Counted from the stretch's first letter, positions 1 to 8,833 are shown. The stretch is DNA of 57,113 bases from Candidatus Woesearchaeota archaeon (GCA_964012725.1 CAXGTL010000001.1:1-57113), one strand, 5' to 3'. Notes: a model not told the origin generated them from the sequence alone. Numbers and translations are program-made.

Positions 1-764
1 CCTTTTAATAATTCCTCACATAATGCTTCCGCACCTAGAGCATTAAATTTGAAACCTTTTTCATAATCTGTTATTCCTGCTTCATAAATATTAATAGCAC
101 CTAGTTCAAGAAAACTTTTTATTTTATCTTTTTCAGATAATAATTTATATTCAAAATAATTTAATTTATGTTTTTTATAATATTTTTTTAATTCTTTTTT
201 TGTTAATTTAAAATCTCTAAATATAGGATTTAAATGTATCATCATAGGATCAATTGTGAGTGTTTTTATAGAACCAAAAAAAGTATGAGTTAGATGTAAT
301 AAATTAAAAAAAGCTTTTAATAGATGATGAGAATCAATACCACATTCTTTTTCTTTGAGTTTAATATGCGTATGAATTTCATCTAAAAAATCATCATTAT
401 TACACATAGCACAAGTAATGCATTCTAATATAAACATAATATGAACGGATTTAATTATAGTTTGAGATTTTTTTAACCACTTTTTTTTTAATGCCAGTTC
501 AAGAAATTCAATAATAGCTGGATGTTTATTAATAAGTCCATTCTTTATATCTATAAAAAGATGTTTCAAATTTTTGGGTTTTAGTTGAATTTCATTGAAC
601 CACTTTTTCATTGTAGGGACCTTACTTTTAAAATCATCTAATTCCATTTCTTTTAAAACTTGTTTTACTATTAAAGGATTAGTATACATATTCGCTGTCA
701 AACCTAAAGCCAACATAGATTTCTTTATTATTATTTGAGATTCTTTATTAGTAATTTTTTTCAT
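1..764 (-). CDS. hypothetical protein (partial; C-terminal end lies beyond the window start)
   Basis: Absent from the ORF track because it is open at the window edge. My reverse-strand translation from ATG 764-762 (AAGGAG 8 nt upstream) stays open for 254 codons (MKKITNKESQIIIKKSMLALGLTANMY...). No family motif recognised. Confidence 0.5.
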   Translation of the reverse strand, partial: MKKITNKESQIIIKKSMLALGLTANMYTNPLIVKQVLKEMELDDFKSKVPTMKKWFNEIQLKPKNLKHLFIDIKNGLINKHPAIIEFLELALKKKWLKKSQTIIKSVHIMFILECITCAMCNNDDFLDEIHTHIKLKEKECGIDSHHLLKAFFNLLHLTHTFFGSIKTLTIDPMMIHLNPIFRDFKLTKKELKKYYKKHKLNYFEYKLLSEKDKIKSFLELGAINIYEAGITDYEKGFKFNALGAEALCEELLK

Positions 765-856
765 TCTCGTTGCTCCTTATTTTGTTCCAATGTTAATTTA
801 TAATAAGGGATGTAGTATATAAATATAACTTATACCACTCTCCAATACTCAACAAA

Positions 857-864
857 TTTAATAA
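857..864 (+). promoter_or_regulatory. TATA-like box implying a leaderless mRNA for the 888 gene
   Basis: TTTAATAA lies exactly 23 nt upstream of the ATG at 888 with no Shine-Dalgarno in between. The same box-23 nt-ATG geometry recurs at 34572, 43965 and 54332. Confidence 0.4.
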
Positions 865-887
865 ACCCATACTATATAATTCTATAT

Positions 888-1694
888 ATGAAGTTTGATA
901 TTAAGAAAAATGTTAATCCCAACCTTAAACATTATTCTCACAAAGATCTGCAATTAGCAAGAGATTTTTCTAAAAAAATGTATAATGAATTCTCATTCTT
1001 CCTAAAAGCAGTCATTATATTTGGTTCAACAGCAAGAGGCGAACATGAAGGCAAAGGTGATATTGATATTATGATTATAGTTGATGATGTGTCTACAGTA
1101 TTATCGCCAGCAATTGTTGAAACATATAGAATTATAACAGAAAAATTAATTACAGAAGTATCAACAAGACTTCATGTTATTACATTAAAATTAACAGCAT
1201 TCTGGGACTATGTAAGAAATAGTGATCCAGTTGCAGTAAACATATTAAGAGATGGTGTTGCTTTGATTGACACAGGATTCTTTGAACCATTACAAGGTTT
1301 ATTACAAAGGGGAAGGATTAGACCAACAGCTGAAGCAGTTTGGAGTTATTTTTCAAGAGCACCAAGAACATTAATGAATTCCAGATGGCACTTATCTCAA
1401 GCAACAGTTGACTTATACTGGGCTGTGATCGATGCAGCACATGCAGCTTTGATGACACAACATGTTATACCACCATCACCAAGCCATGTTGCAGAAATGA
1501 TGAACAAAGAATTAATACAAAAAGGTCTTGTTAAAAAAAAGTATGCAGATATTATGAACATGTTTTACAGATTAATGAAACAGATCACACACAGAGAGAT
1601 TCAACATATTTCTGGAGTACAGTATGAGAAATACAGAAAACAAGCTGAAGACTTTGTTGCAGTTATGAGAAAAGTAGTTGAAAGTAAGAAATAA
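888..1694 (+). CDS. nucleotidyltransferase-domain protein with C-terminal helical (HEPN/KNTase_C-like) domain
   Basis: ORF track, 268 aa. Minimal NTase signature FGSTARGE-x7-GDIDIMIIVDD near the N-terminus; the remaining ~150 aa are helical. Confidence 0.65.
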   Translation: MKFDIKKNVNPNLKHYSHKDLQLARDFSKKMYNEFSFFLKAVIIFGSTARGEHEGKGDIDIMIIVDDVSTVLSPAIVETYRIITEKLITEVSTRLHVITLKLTAFWDYVRNSDPVAVNILRDGVALIDTGFFEPLQGLLQRGRIRPTAEAVWSYFSRAPRTLMNSRWHLSQATVDLYWAVIDAAHAALMTQHVIPPSPSHVAEMMNKELIQKGLVKKKYADIMNMFYRLMKQITHREIQHISGVQYEKYRKQAEDFVAVMRKVVESKK

Positions 1695-1849
1695 TTCTAT
1701 ACAAATATAGATTATAGTAAAAGAATAGAAACTAATTTAATAAATTATAACAAAAATTATTATAAAAATAAAGAAAGTAAAACTAAATATTATTCTAAAC
1801 ATAATAAAAAAATAAAGTTAATAAAAAAAGAAAAAATAAAATAATATCC

Positions 1850-2023
1850 TTACTCAGTCATTGCAATCAAGATTGCTAACAATCCAAATCCAATAACAAC
1901 TAATCCTAGTGCGCCTTTGATCAATACTACTAAAGCAGGCCACCACCATGCATATGATACAGCACCTAGTATAATTAGAACTAAACCAATTAATATTTTT
2001 ACAAATTTAGCAAATGCTCCCAT
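1850..2023 (-). CDS. small membrane peptide, 57 aa, two predicted TM helices (below the ORF-track cutoff)
   Basis: My translation: MGAFAKFVKILIGLVLIILGAVSYAWWWPALVVLIKGALGLVVIGFGLLAILIAMTE. GGAGGG lies 8 nt upstream of ATG 2023-2021; TAA at 1850-1852. It sits downstream of family A RNA copy 1 on the same strand. Confidence 0.6.
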   Translation of the reverse strand: MGAFAKFVKILIGLVLIILGAVSYAWWWPALVVLIKGALGLVVIGFGLLAILIAMTE

Positions 2024-2139
2024 TGTTATATCCCTCCTTATTATTTATTATTGTAATATTATATACTAAATAGATATTTATTTATAAAGATTTATTGAGT
2101 TTAATATATGTGTTAGAATGTTATATAGTAAATTTAACT

Positions 2140-2263
2140 AATTCAACCAAAAATCCTATTACGTTTTGCCTCACTTAACGCTCGACAAAACTTCACCTGG
2201 CCATGCCATGTTTGCCAAACAAACATAGGCATACACGGCACAGACGGATATTTTGGTTGAATT
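2140..2263 (-). ncRNA. candidate structured RNA, family A, copy 1 (three-way junction)
   Basis: GC-enriched island. Reverse complement reads AAUUCAACCAAAAUAUCCGUCUGUGCC...AUGGCAUGGCCAGGUGAAG...GUAAUAGGAUUUUUGGUUGAAUU. It shares three near-identical blocks with 6099-6211 and 43994-44118, while the helices co-vary. 17-bp closing helix. TATA-like TTTTTAAA about 22 nt upstream of the 5' end. Confidence 0.6.
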
Positions 2264-2366
2264 GACCTTAGTTTTAACCAAAAGCTTTAAAAAGACAAAA
2301 TGATTGCCAATATATACTATTCATACAAACTTGAATGGTAAGTATAGTATATTACGGAGGATTAAA

Positions 2367-2711
2367 ATGGAAGGAACAGTTAAATGGTACAACCGAAAAA
2401 AAGGCTTTGGCTTTATCATAGGCGAAGATGGTACTGAATATTTCGTACACTTCAGTGGTTTATCAGAAGGAACATTTATCAGAGATAATGATAAGGTATC
2501 TTTTGATGCTGCAGATACAGATAAAGGTAAACAAGCTCAAAACGTTGTTTTACTTCAAAAAGCAAGTGAAATGGAACAAGCACCTGAAGCTCCTGCTGAA
2601 GAATCAGCACCAGTTGAAGAAGCTCAACCTGAAGCACCTGCTCAAGAAGAAGCACCAGCAGAAGAACAACCTGCAGAAGAAGCTAAACCAGAAGAAGCAA
2701 AACAAGAGTAA
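2367..2711 (+). CDS. csp: cold-shock domain protein with ~50-aa acidic E/A/P-rich C-terminal tail
   Basis: ORF track 2304..2711; start moved to ATG 2367, which is preceded by GGAGG. CSD motifs VKWYNRKKGFGFI and YFVHFS. Tail: EAPAEESAPVEEAQPEAPAQEEAPAEEQPAEEAKPEEAKQE. Confidence 0.85.
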   Translation: MEGTVKWYNRKKGFGFIIGEDGTEYFVHFSGLSEGTFIRDNDKVSFDAADTDKGKQAQNVVLLQKASEMEQAPEAPAEESAPVEEAQPEAPAQEEAPAEEQPAEEAKPEEAKQE

Positions 2712-2771
2712 GAATACTAAATTTCTTATTATTTTATAATTTTTTTTTTGTTTTTTTTTAAATTTAATAAT

Positions 2772-3275
2772 TTAAACACTCTTCTGTTTACCAAACATGC
2801 CTTTATACTTAGCTTGACCTTCAGTTCTAGAAAAAATAATCTGACAAACCTTAACACCAGCATAAAGTTTAATCGGCATTTCAGACAAATTCTTTATCTC
2901 AAGTACTTGAACATTGTTAATATTCGGCTGAACAAAGTTAGCAGTTACATGCACAGCTAACCCAAGCCTAGCAAACCTACTTCTGCCTGACAAAAACCCA
3001 CATATATCTTTAGGCAGTTTAATTTTTTCTTTTGTTACACCTAATATAAACTCTCCTGGGTTTAGAACTAAACTTTTTTCAGTTATAAGTTTAGTATGTT
3101 TCTTATAATTAGTTCTTTCTTTAATATCAATGATTTTCTCGCACTTAAACTCTCTAAACTTATTATCTAATGTTAAATCATATGATGCTCCGGTAAGATT
3201 TTTCTTAGAAAAAGGTGTGATTTTAATTCTACCTAACTTAATTTCTTTTAATACCTCTTTTTTTGTTAGTATCAT
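2772..3275 (-). CDS. dcd: dCTP deaminase (dUTPase-fold)
   Basis: 167 aa. Blocks GASYDLTL, GFLSGRSRFARLGL and VCQIIF are typical of Dcd. Confidence 0.8.
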   Translation of the reverse strand: MILTKKEVLKEIKLGRIKITPFSKKNLTGASYDLTLDNKFREFKCEKIIDIKERTNYKKHTKLITEKSLVLNPGEFILGVTKEKIKLPKDICGFLSGRSRFARLGLAVHVTANFVQPNINNVQVLEIKNLSEMPIKLYAGVKVCQIIFSRTEGQAKYKGMFGKQKSV

Positions 3276-3290
3276 TAACTTTTCACCAAA

Positions 3291-3911
3291 TTACTTCAAA
3301 ACTTTACCAGTCTCGATATACCACAAATACAAATCTAATTTAGATTGCGTAGTATTTAATTGTTTCGCTAGTTTACCTAACAAAGCTTCAATTTCTATAT
3401 ATTTATTCTTTGTCAATGTCTTTGGTCTATCAACAACCTTATTATCAACCAACAAATCAATAATATGAAAATCAAGTATTGCTAAGTTATCATAACCTAT
3501 GTTTCTTAAGAAATGCGAAGATTCTTTATAACCTAAACCTTTTATACTTTTGACTATGTATTCCCTTAAAACAAATTCATCTTTAACATTTTTAAGCTTT
3601 TTTTTTAATTGTTGAAATGTTTTTCTAGCTTCAATAATATACTTTGCTCTTATATTAGGAAATCTATGACCTAATTCTTTAAGTTTTCGTGCTAATTGTT
3701 TTTCTGTAAGTGTCAAAAAACCACTACCAATTGCATTCTGTATCATGATCCCTCGTTCAGCATTAAAATTAGCAGTAAGAATGCAAAAACAAAGTTCAGA
3801 AAAGACTTTATTATTACTTTTGACTTGTTTAAACTCTTTAATTCTATTGTTTACTATCTTATTGATTGATAATTTTCTTAATTTATTGATTTTGTTTACT
3901 AAACTTCTCAT
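3291..3911 (-). CDS. ogg: 8-oxoguanine DNA glycosylase/AP lyase, archaeal Ogg2 type
   Basis: 206 aa. ELCFCILTANFNAE block and HhH-GPD region IKGLGYKESSHFLRNIGYDNLAILDFHI, collinear with the Methanocaldococcus-type Ogg as I remember it. Confidence 0.85.
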   Translation of the reverse strand: MRSLVNKINKLRKLSINKIVNNRIKEFKQVKSNNKVFSELCFCILTANFNAERGIMIQNAIGSGFLTLTEKQLARKLKELGHRFPNIRAKYIIEARKTFQQLKKKLKNVKDEFVLREYIVKSIKGLGYKESSHFLRNIGYDNLAILDFHIIDLLVDNKVVDRPKTLTKNKYIEIEALLGKLAKQLNTTQSKLDLYLWYIETGKVLK

Positions 3912-3912
3912 T

Positions 3913-4635
3913 CTACTTTGCCATTGCTTTCTTCTTCAATCCCTTAGGCATCTTCTCAATTGCATAACGCAGAGCAGTCCTTGGCATTGTTTTCTTATTC
4001 TTCATAACATAATCAAACACTTGCTTTTGATAATGATTACTTGCAACTTTCAGCATCCAACCATAACCCTTTTGTACAAGATCATCAGAATCCATTAAAA
4101 GAATGTCTGCAATCTCAAATATATGTTTTAAATTCTTTGAAGAATAAAATTGTTTCTCAGTAGAAATATGTATAACAGCTGCAGCTCTACGCATCCACCT
4201 ATTCTTTGACTTTGTCCATTTCTTAACATTAGAATAAAACTCAGGATATTTCAACAACAACCTATTGAAAGCATGTGTACAAAAGTCATCACACTTTGCC
4301 CAATTGTTAACATACTTCTTTACCCAAGATTCAAAAACAAAGAAATGTTTTTTCTCAAACCTGGGCCTACAATTCATTGCCCAAGAAAACGCAATTGTTG
4401 ATTCTTCATTATAATCTGATTTAAGCAATTGTTCACACAATGTAAATATCTCTTCCACAAACTTATCTTTAACATCTTTCCAATACTTTTTACCAATCTT
4501 TCTAACAATTCCAGACCTCACTCCATGTACTTTAATCTTTTCCTTAAAAAAATTAATAGAACCTTTTCTATATTTAAAATCAACATGTTGTTTAAGTTCT
4601 TTTCTTATCTTATTTAACACAGTTTGATTATTCAT
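3913..4635 (-). CDS. DNA alkylation repair protein (AlkD-like HEAT-repeat family)
   Basis: 240 aa, all-helical. Blocks WAKCDDFC, NRWMRRAAAV and DDLVQKGYGWMLK. Confidence 0.65.
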   Translation of the reverse strand: MNNQTVLNKIRKELKQHVDFKYRKGSINFFKEKIKVHGVRSGIVRKIGKKYWKDVKDKFVEEIFTLCEQLLKSDYNEESTIAFSWAMNCRPRFEKKHFFVFESWVKKYVNNWAKCDDFCTHAFNRLLLKYPEFYSNVKKWTKSKNRWMRRAAAVIHISTEKQFYSSKNLKHIFEIADILLMDSDDLVQKGYGWMLKVASNHYQKQVFDYVMKNKKTMPRTALRYAIEKMPKGLKKKAMAK

Positions 4636-5018
4636 TTACTTGACCATAATCCATGGATATTACAGTATGCTCTTATATAATAATTATCAGTGCCTGAATA
4701 AGAAATTACTTCAGGGGTTTGTCCTGGTTTTAGAGGATGTCTTTTAGCTACTTCATCACTAACCACTTCAATCCACTCAATGAAATGGTTTTTTTCCATA
4801 GGGTGTGGAGTACTTCCTACTGTTATCTTGAATTTATTATTGTCTAACTCCTCAACAACAGGAACATGCTTTTCTTTACCTTCTTCTTTACTTTTCTCAA
4901 CTTGTAATTCCATTGGCACACCACAACAAACTAATTCACCAGCACCAGAATGTACTAATTCAACAATATTACCACACATTTCACATTTCCAAACTTGATT
5001 TAATTTAGTCATATTCAA
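4632..5018 (-). CDS. dfx: desulfoferrodoxin (2Fe superoxide reductase)
   Basis: 128 aa. N-terminal desulforedoxin cysteines CEMCGN...VCCG. SOR centre residues EKHVPV, HPM and CNIHG. Overlaps the neighbouring genes by 4 nt, an operon arrangement. Confidence 0.85.
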   Translation of the reverse strand: MNMTKLNQVWKCEMCGNIVELVHSGAGELVCCGVPMELQVEKSKEEGKEKHVPVVEELDNNKFKITVGSTPHPMEKNHFIEWIEVVSDEVAKRHPLKPGQTPEVISYSGTDNYYIRAYCNIHGLWSSK

Positions 5019-5584
5019 TACCTCTCACACTTTACTTCAAAATAAGCAATCGGATGACCACAGGAAGGACATTCCTTTGGTGGTTTTTCATCTTCATGTT
5101 CATAACCACATTTTCTGCATATCCATTTAACTTTTTTATCTTTTTTAAACATAGTTTTGCTTTCTAACTGAACTAACAACTTCTTATACCTTTCTTCATG
5201 ATGTTTTTCAGCAACAGCTATTGCACGAAGTCTTTTAGCAATATCTTTATGTCCTTCTTTTTCAGCAACATCTGCAAATGAAGGATACATTGAAGTATAT
5301 TCATAATTTTCACCAGTAATTGCTGACTTTAGATTATCAATGGTTTTACCTAAAGTTGTTGGTGCTTCTGCTTCTACTTTAATAGCATTTTCATTTTTCT
5401 TTAACTTATTAATCAATCTAAACAACCATTTAGCATGTTCTCTTTCTTGATCAGCTGTTTTCAAAAATACTTCAAAAACCTTCTCAAATCCTTCTTTTTT
5501 AGCAATCTTTGCATATATTGTGTATCTATTTCTTGCTTGACTTTCACCAATAAATGCTTTTGTTAAGTTTTTTATTGTTTCCAT
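5015..5584 (-). CDS. rbr: rubrerythrin
   Basis: 189 aa. Diiron ferritin-like motifs ([23 protein letters not shown]) plus a C-terminal rubredoxin, CRKCG...CPSCG. Confidence 0.9.
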   Translation of the reverse strand: METIKNLTKAFIGESQARNRYTIYAKIAKKEGFEKVFEVFLKTADQEREHAKWLFRLINKLKKNENAIKVEAEAPTTLGKTIDNLKSAITGENYEYTSMYPSFADVAEKEGHKDIAKRLRAIAVAEKHHEERYKKLLVQLESKTMFKKDKKVKWICRKCGYEHEDEKPPKECPSCGHPIAYFEVKCERY

Positions 5585-5599
5585 TTTGTATACCTCCTT

Positions 5600-6022
5600 T
5601 TAACACAATCCAGGATATAGTGCTTTTACCCTTTCTATTATTTGTTCTTTTTGTTCATCAGATAAAACTTCATCTAATTTAGGATATAAAGTTTGATCTT
5701 CAAAGTTTTTATGTTTTGTATGAAATTCTTTTAGTTTAGAAAGATCAATATCTTCTTTTTTCAACAGCTTTGCCTCAATCTCCTTAAGCATATCCAATAT
5801 CTGTATATGTTCTTCCATAACATCTGCTAACATTGCAGAGGTTTCTTGTTCCTTTATATCAAATGAGAAAATTGCTTTTTCTTCCATAAAAAAATGCTTC
5901 TCAAGCTCCCACTTAAAGTGATTAAAAGTCTTTATATTCACATCTTGTTCTAGTTCTTTAAGAAATTTACCCAATAAACAATGATTTCTAAACATTAAGT
6001 CATGTATTGTAACATTTGCCAT
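5600..6022 (-). CDS. hemerythrin-like (HHE cation-binding) domain protein
   Basis: 140 aa, helical, with spaced His/Glu residues (HFFMEE, MEEHIQIL, FHTKHKNFED). First gene of the minus-strand operon; GGGGGAT lies upstream of the ATG. Confidence 0.5.
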   Translation of the reverse strand: MANVTIHDLMFRNHCLLGKFLKELEQDVNIKTFNHFKWELEKHFFMEEKAIFSFDIKEQETSAMLADVMEEHIQILDMLKEIEAKLLKKEDIDLSKLKEFHTKHKNFEDQTLYPKLDEVLSDEQKEQIIERVKALYPGLC

Positions 6023-6098
6023 TTATATCATCCCCCATTATACTATATCAACTAATTACTAATATATATATGTTTTGTTGAAACAAGGTTTTTGAGTT

Positions 6099-6211
6099 AC
6101 CCAAAATATCCGTCTGTGCCGTTATTGACATTTTTAACGAAGTTAATAATGGCATGGCCAGATGAAGTTTCATCGAACAAAGTGAGATGAAATGTAATAG
6201 GATTTTTGGGT
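6099..6211 (+). ncRNA. candidate structured RNA, family A, copy 2
   Basis: ACCCAAAAUAUCCGUCUGUGCC-[GUUAUUGAC..GUUAAUAAU]-GGCAUGGCCAGAUGAAG-[UUUCAUC GAACAAAGUGA GAUGAAA]-UGUAAUAGGAUUUUUGGGU. Two G-U pairs in P2 exist only on this strand. TATATATA box ends about 23 nt before 6094. Confidence 0.6.
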
Positions 6212-6323
6212 GGACCAAAATAGAAAGATTTATATATAACCTTTACTTCTTTTAAGAAATATTAAAAGTTATGAAAGTATTAAATATACTAAAAGGTAAA
6301 CAAATATACTAAAACTACATAAA

Positions 6324-6812
6324 ATGAGCCAAATAGATCAACAATTCATAGAATTTTACCAAAACATAGGCAGAAGCCAAGGCATAAATGATAATCTATT
6401 AACTACAATTATGGCTATACTTTTTCTAGAACCAGAAGAAATTGCAATGGAAGATGTAGCAAAAAAAACAGGATATAGCTTAGCATCTATTAGCAACAAA
6501 GTAAAAATGCTTGAAGCAATTGGTTTTGTCAAAAGAAGAAGTAAACCAGGAACAAGAAAAGCTTATTTATATGCAGAAAAGGATTTTTTAAAAGTTTTTA
6601 AACAAGCACTAATCAAAAAACAAGAAAATGTAATAAATTTAGCAAAGTCTACACTTCCAAATATTATAAAAGAAAATAAACCAAAAGCAAAAACAAAAGA
6701 ACAAAAACAAAAAATAAAAATGATTGAAAATTATTTTCAACAAATGTTAAAATTTGAAAAGATTATTCAACACATGATACAAGGTTTTAATAATATAGAT
6801 AAAATAAAATGA
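6324..6812 (+). CDS. winged-helix transcriptional regulator (GbsR/MarR-like)
   Basis: 162 aa. wHTH region EDVAKKTGYSLASISNKVKMLEAIGFVKR. Its stop overlaps the start of the ABC ATPase gene. Confidence 0.6.
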   Translation: MSQIDQQFIEFYQNIGRSQGINDNLLTTIMAILFLEPEEIAMEDVAKKTGYSLASISNKVKMLEAIGFVKRRSKPGTRKAYLYAEKDFLKVFKQALIKKQENVINLAKSTLPNIIKENKPKAKTKEQKQKIKMIENYFQQMLKFEKIIQHMIQGFNNIDKIK

Positions 6813-7495
6813 CAAAACATAAACCAATAATTGAACTAAGGAATGTATGGAAGGTATACAAAATGGGTGAAGTAGAAGTACCTGCATTAAGAGGATTAAG
6901 TTTAAAAGTTCAAAGGGGAGAGTTTATTGCAATTCAAGGACCATCAGGCTCAGGAAAATCAACAGCTGTTAATATGGTTGGTTGTCTTGATATCCCAACT
7001 AATGGAGATATTTTTCTTGAACACCACAACATTGCACATTTGTCAGAATCAGCATTAGCACAAATCAGAGGAAGAAAAATAGGATTCATATTTCAACAAT
7101 TTAATTTAATACCAAGCCTAACTGCTTTAGAAAATGTTATGCTTCCAATGATGTTTCAAAAAACAACAAAAGCACAAAGAAAAAAAAGAGGAATTAAACT
7201 CTTAAATATGGTAGGTTTAAGTGATAGAATGTATCATAAACCAACAGAATTATCAGGAGGCCAACAACAAAGAGTAGCAATTGCTCGTGCATTAGCAAAT
7301 GATCCAGAAGTAATTTTAGCAGATGAACCAACTGGAAATTTAGATTCAACAACAGGTGTAGAAATGATAAATTTTTTAAAAAAGCTTAACAAAGAACAAA
7401 ACAAAACAATTATCATGGTCACTCATGACGACAAACTAGCTAAACAAGCTGATAAAATTGAAAACCTGAAAGATGGAATAATTGTCGTCAAATGA
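6809..7495 (+). CDS. ABC transporter ATP-binding protein (MacB/LolD-type)
   Basis: 228 aa. Walker [10 protein letters not shown], signature LSGGQQQRV, Walker [12 protein letters not shown]. Confidence 0.9.
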   Translation: MTKHKPIIELRNVWKVYKMGEVEVPALRGLSLKVQRGEFIAIQGPSGSGKSTAVNMVGCLDIPTNGDIFLEHHNIAHLSESALAQIRGRKIGFIFQQFNLIPSLTALENVMLPMMFQKTTKAQRKKRGIKLLNMVGLSDRMYHKPTELSGGQQQRVAIARALANDPEVILADEPTGNLDSTTGVEMINFLKKLNKEQNKTIIMVTHDDKLAKQADKIENLKDGIIVVK

Positions 7496-7546
7496 AAATA
7501 AATAAAAAACAAATAAATATAAAAAACGATTTGGAGGAAAATCAAA

Positions 7547-8833
7547 ATGAAAACAAATAAAATAAAAATAAAAAACCTATTATTAATAACAATATTTATG
7601 TTAAGCATATTAACTGCAATTAGTTTAAGCAGTGCAGCTATATACAACCAAGAACATGTTGTGGTTACACTTGTCAATCAACAACCAGATCCTGTTAAAC
7701 CAGGAGGAACTGTAGATGTAAGGATTAAAATTGAGAATCAAGGTCAAAATGCAAAAGACTTTGAATTTGAGTTTGTACCTAAATATCCTTTTTCCTTGTA
7801 TGATGAAGAAGATACAACAAAATATATTGGTATTTTGGGTGCAGGTGATGATTATGCTGTATATTACAAATATAAAGTTCGTATTGATGAAAATGCAGTT
7901 GAAGGAATAAATGAAATAGAATTTAAATATAAACATTCAAATGTTGATTCGGTAACTAAAAAATTTGATATTAATATTCAAACAGAAGATGCAATTGTTT
8001 TAATAAAAGAAGTAAAAACAGAACCAGAAACTATATCACAAGGACAAGAAGCAAAAATTAATTTTAAATTGGAAAACATTGCAGATTCATTAATAAGAGA
8101 TATTAGTATAAATTTGGATTTAAGTTCTTCAGACATGCCAATATCTCCATTATCAACAGGAAGTGAGAAAAAAATTAAGACAATAAAGCCTGGCGAAGAA
8201 GCAGAAATGAGTTTTGATATTATTACACTTGCTACAGCAGAATCACAAATACACAAACTACCTTTAACATTAACATACTCTGATGAAATTGGAAAAAATT
8301 ATAGTAAAACAGATATTGTTAGTATTATAATTTCATCTCACCCAGACTTAACTTATAATGTTGATAGTACAGATATATTATTTGCAGGACAACCTGGTAC
8401 AGCAACATTAAAAATAGTTAATAAAGGAACAGAAGATATTAAATTTTTAAATATAATGTTAAAAGATAGTGATGACTTTGTAAAATTATCCAATGATGAT
8501 ATTTATGTTGGAAATATAGATTCTGATGACTATGAAACAGCAGATTTTGATTTATACATAGAAAAAAAAGTAAAGAACCTAGAATTACCATTAACAGTTG
8601 AGTATAGAGACTCTATCAATCGTGAATATAAAGAAGAAATTAAAGTTCCAATTACATTGTATAAAGCAGGTGATGCTAAGAAATACAATTTAATAAGTGG
8701 GAATGGTACTGCTGGTTGGATTGTAATGATACTTATTGTTGGTGTTGGTTTTTATTTTTACAGAAGGTATAAAAAAAGAAAAAAGAATAAAAACCACAAA
8801 CATCATCAAAAAAGTGAAAAAAAAGAAAAGTGA
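7547..8833 (+). CDS. secreted/anchored CARDB- or S-layer-like repeat protein (COG1361-type)
   Basis: 428 aa. N-terminal hydrophobic signal, repeated beta-rich modules (VDVRIKIENQG, AKINFKLENIA, ATLKIVNKG), C-terminal TM helix plus K/H-rich tail. Confidence 0.6.
   Translation: MKTNKIKIKNLLLITIFMLSILTAISLSSAAIYNQEHVVVTLVNQQPDPVKPGGTVDVRIKIENQGQNAKDFEFEFVPKYPFSLYDEEDTTKYIGILGAGDDYAVYYKYKVRIDENAVEGINEIEFKYKHSNVDSVTKKFDINIQTEDAIVLIKEVKTEPETISQGQEAKINFKLENIADSLIRDISINLDLSSSDMPISPLSTGSEKKIKTIKPGEEAEMSFDIITLATAESQIHKLPLTLTYSDEIGKNYSKTDIVSIIISSHPDLTYNVDSTDILFAGQPGTATLKIVNKGTEDIKFLNIMLKDSDDFVKLSNDDIYVGNIDSDDYETADFDLYIEKKVKNLELPLTVEYRDSINREYKEEIKVPITLYKAGDAKKYNLISGNGTAGWIVMILIVGVGFYFYRRYKKRKKNKNHKHHQKSEKKEK

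Noticed and set aside
2140-2263. Family A as a MITE or other DNA repeat, or as a known riboswitch (TPP, fluoride, SAM-I, SAM-III, purine, THF).
   Set aside because: The terminal pairing regions are not conserved inverted repeats; they differ in each copy while staying complementary, and the internal hairpins are replaced wholesale with pairing kept. That is RNA-type covariation. Short resemblances to the SAM-I/SAM-III strings GCCAGAUG and UGUAA do not extend to the defining cores of those classes. This is only a memory-based comparison, so an Rfam search is still needed.
2428-2739. Alternative-frame 103-aa ORF overlapping csp.
   Set aside because: It is a K/L/Q low-complexity reading of the acidic-tail codons. 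The csp frame has a canonical CSD and an SD.
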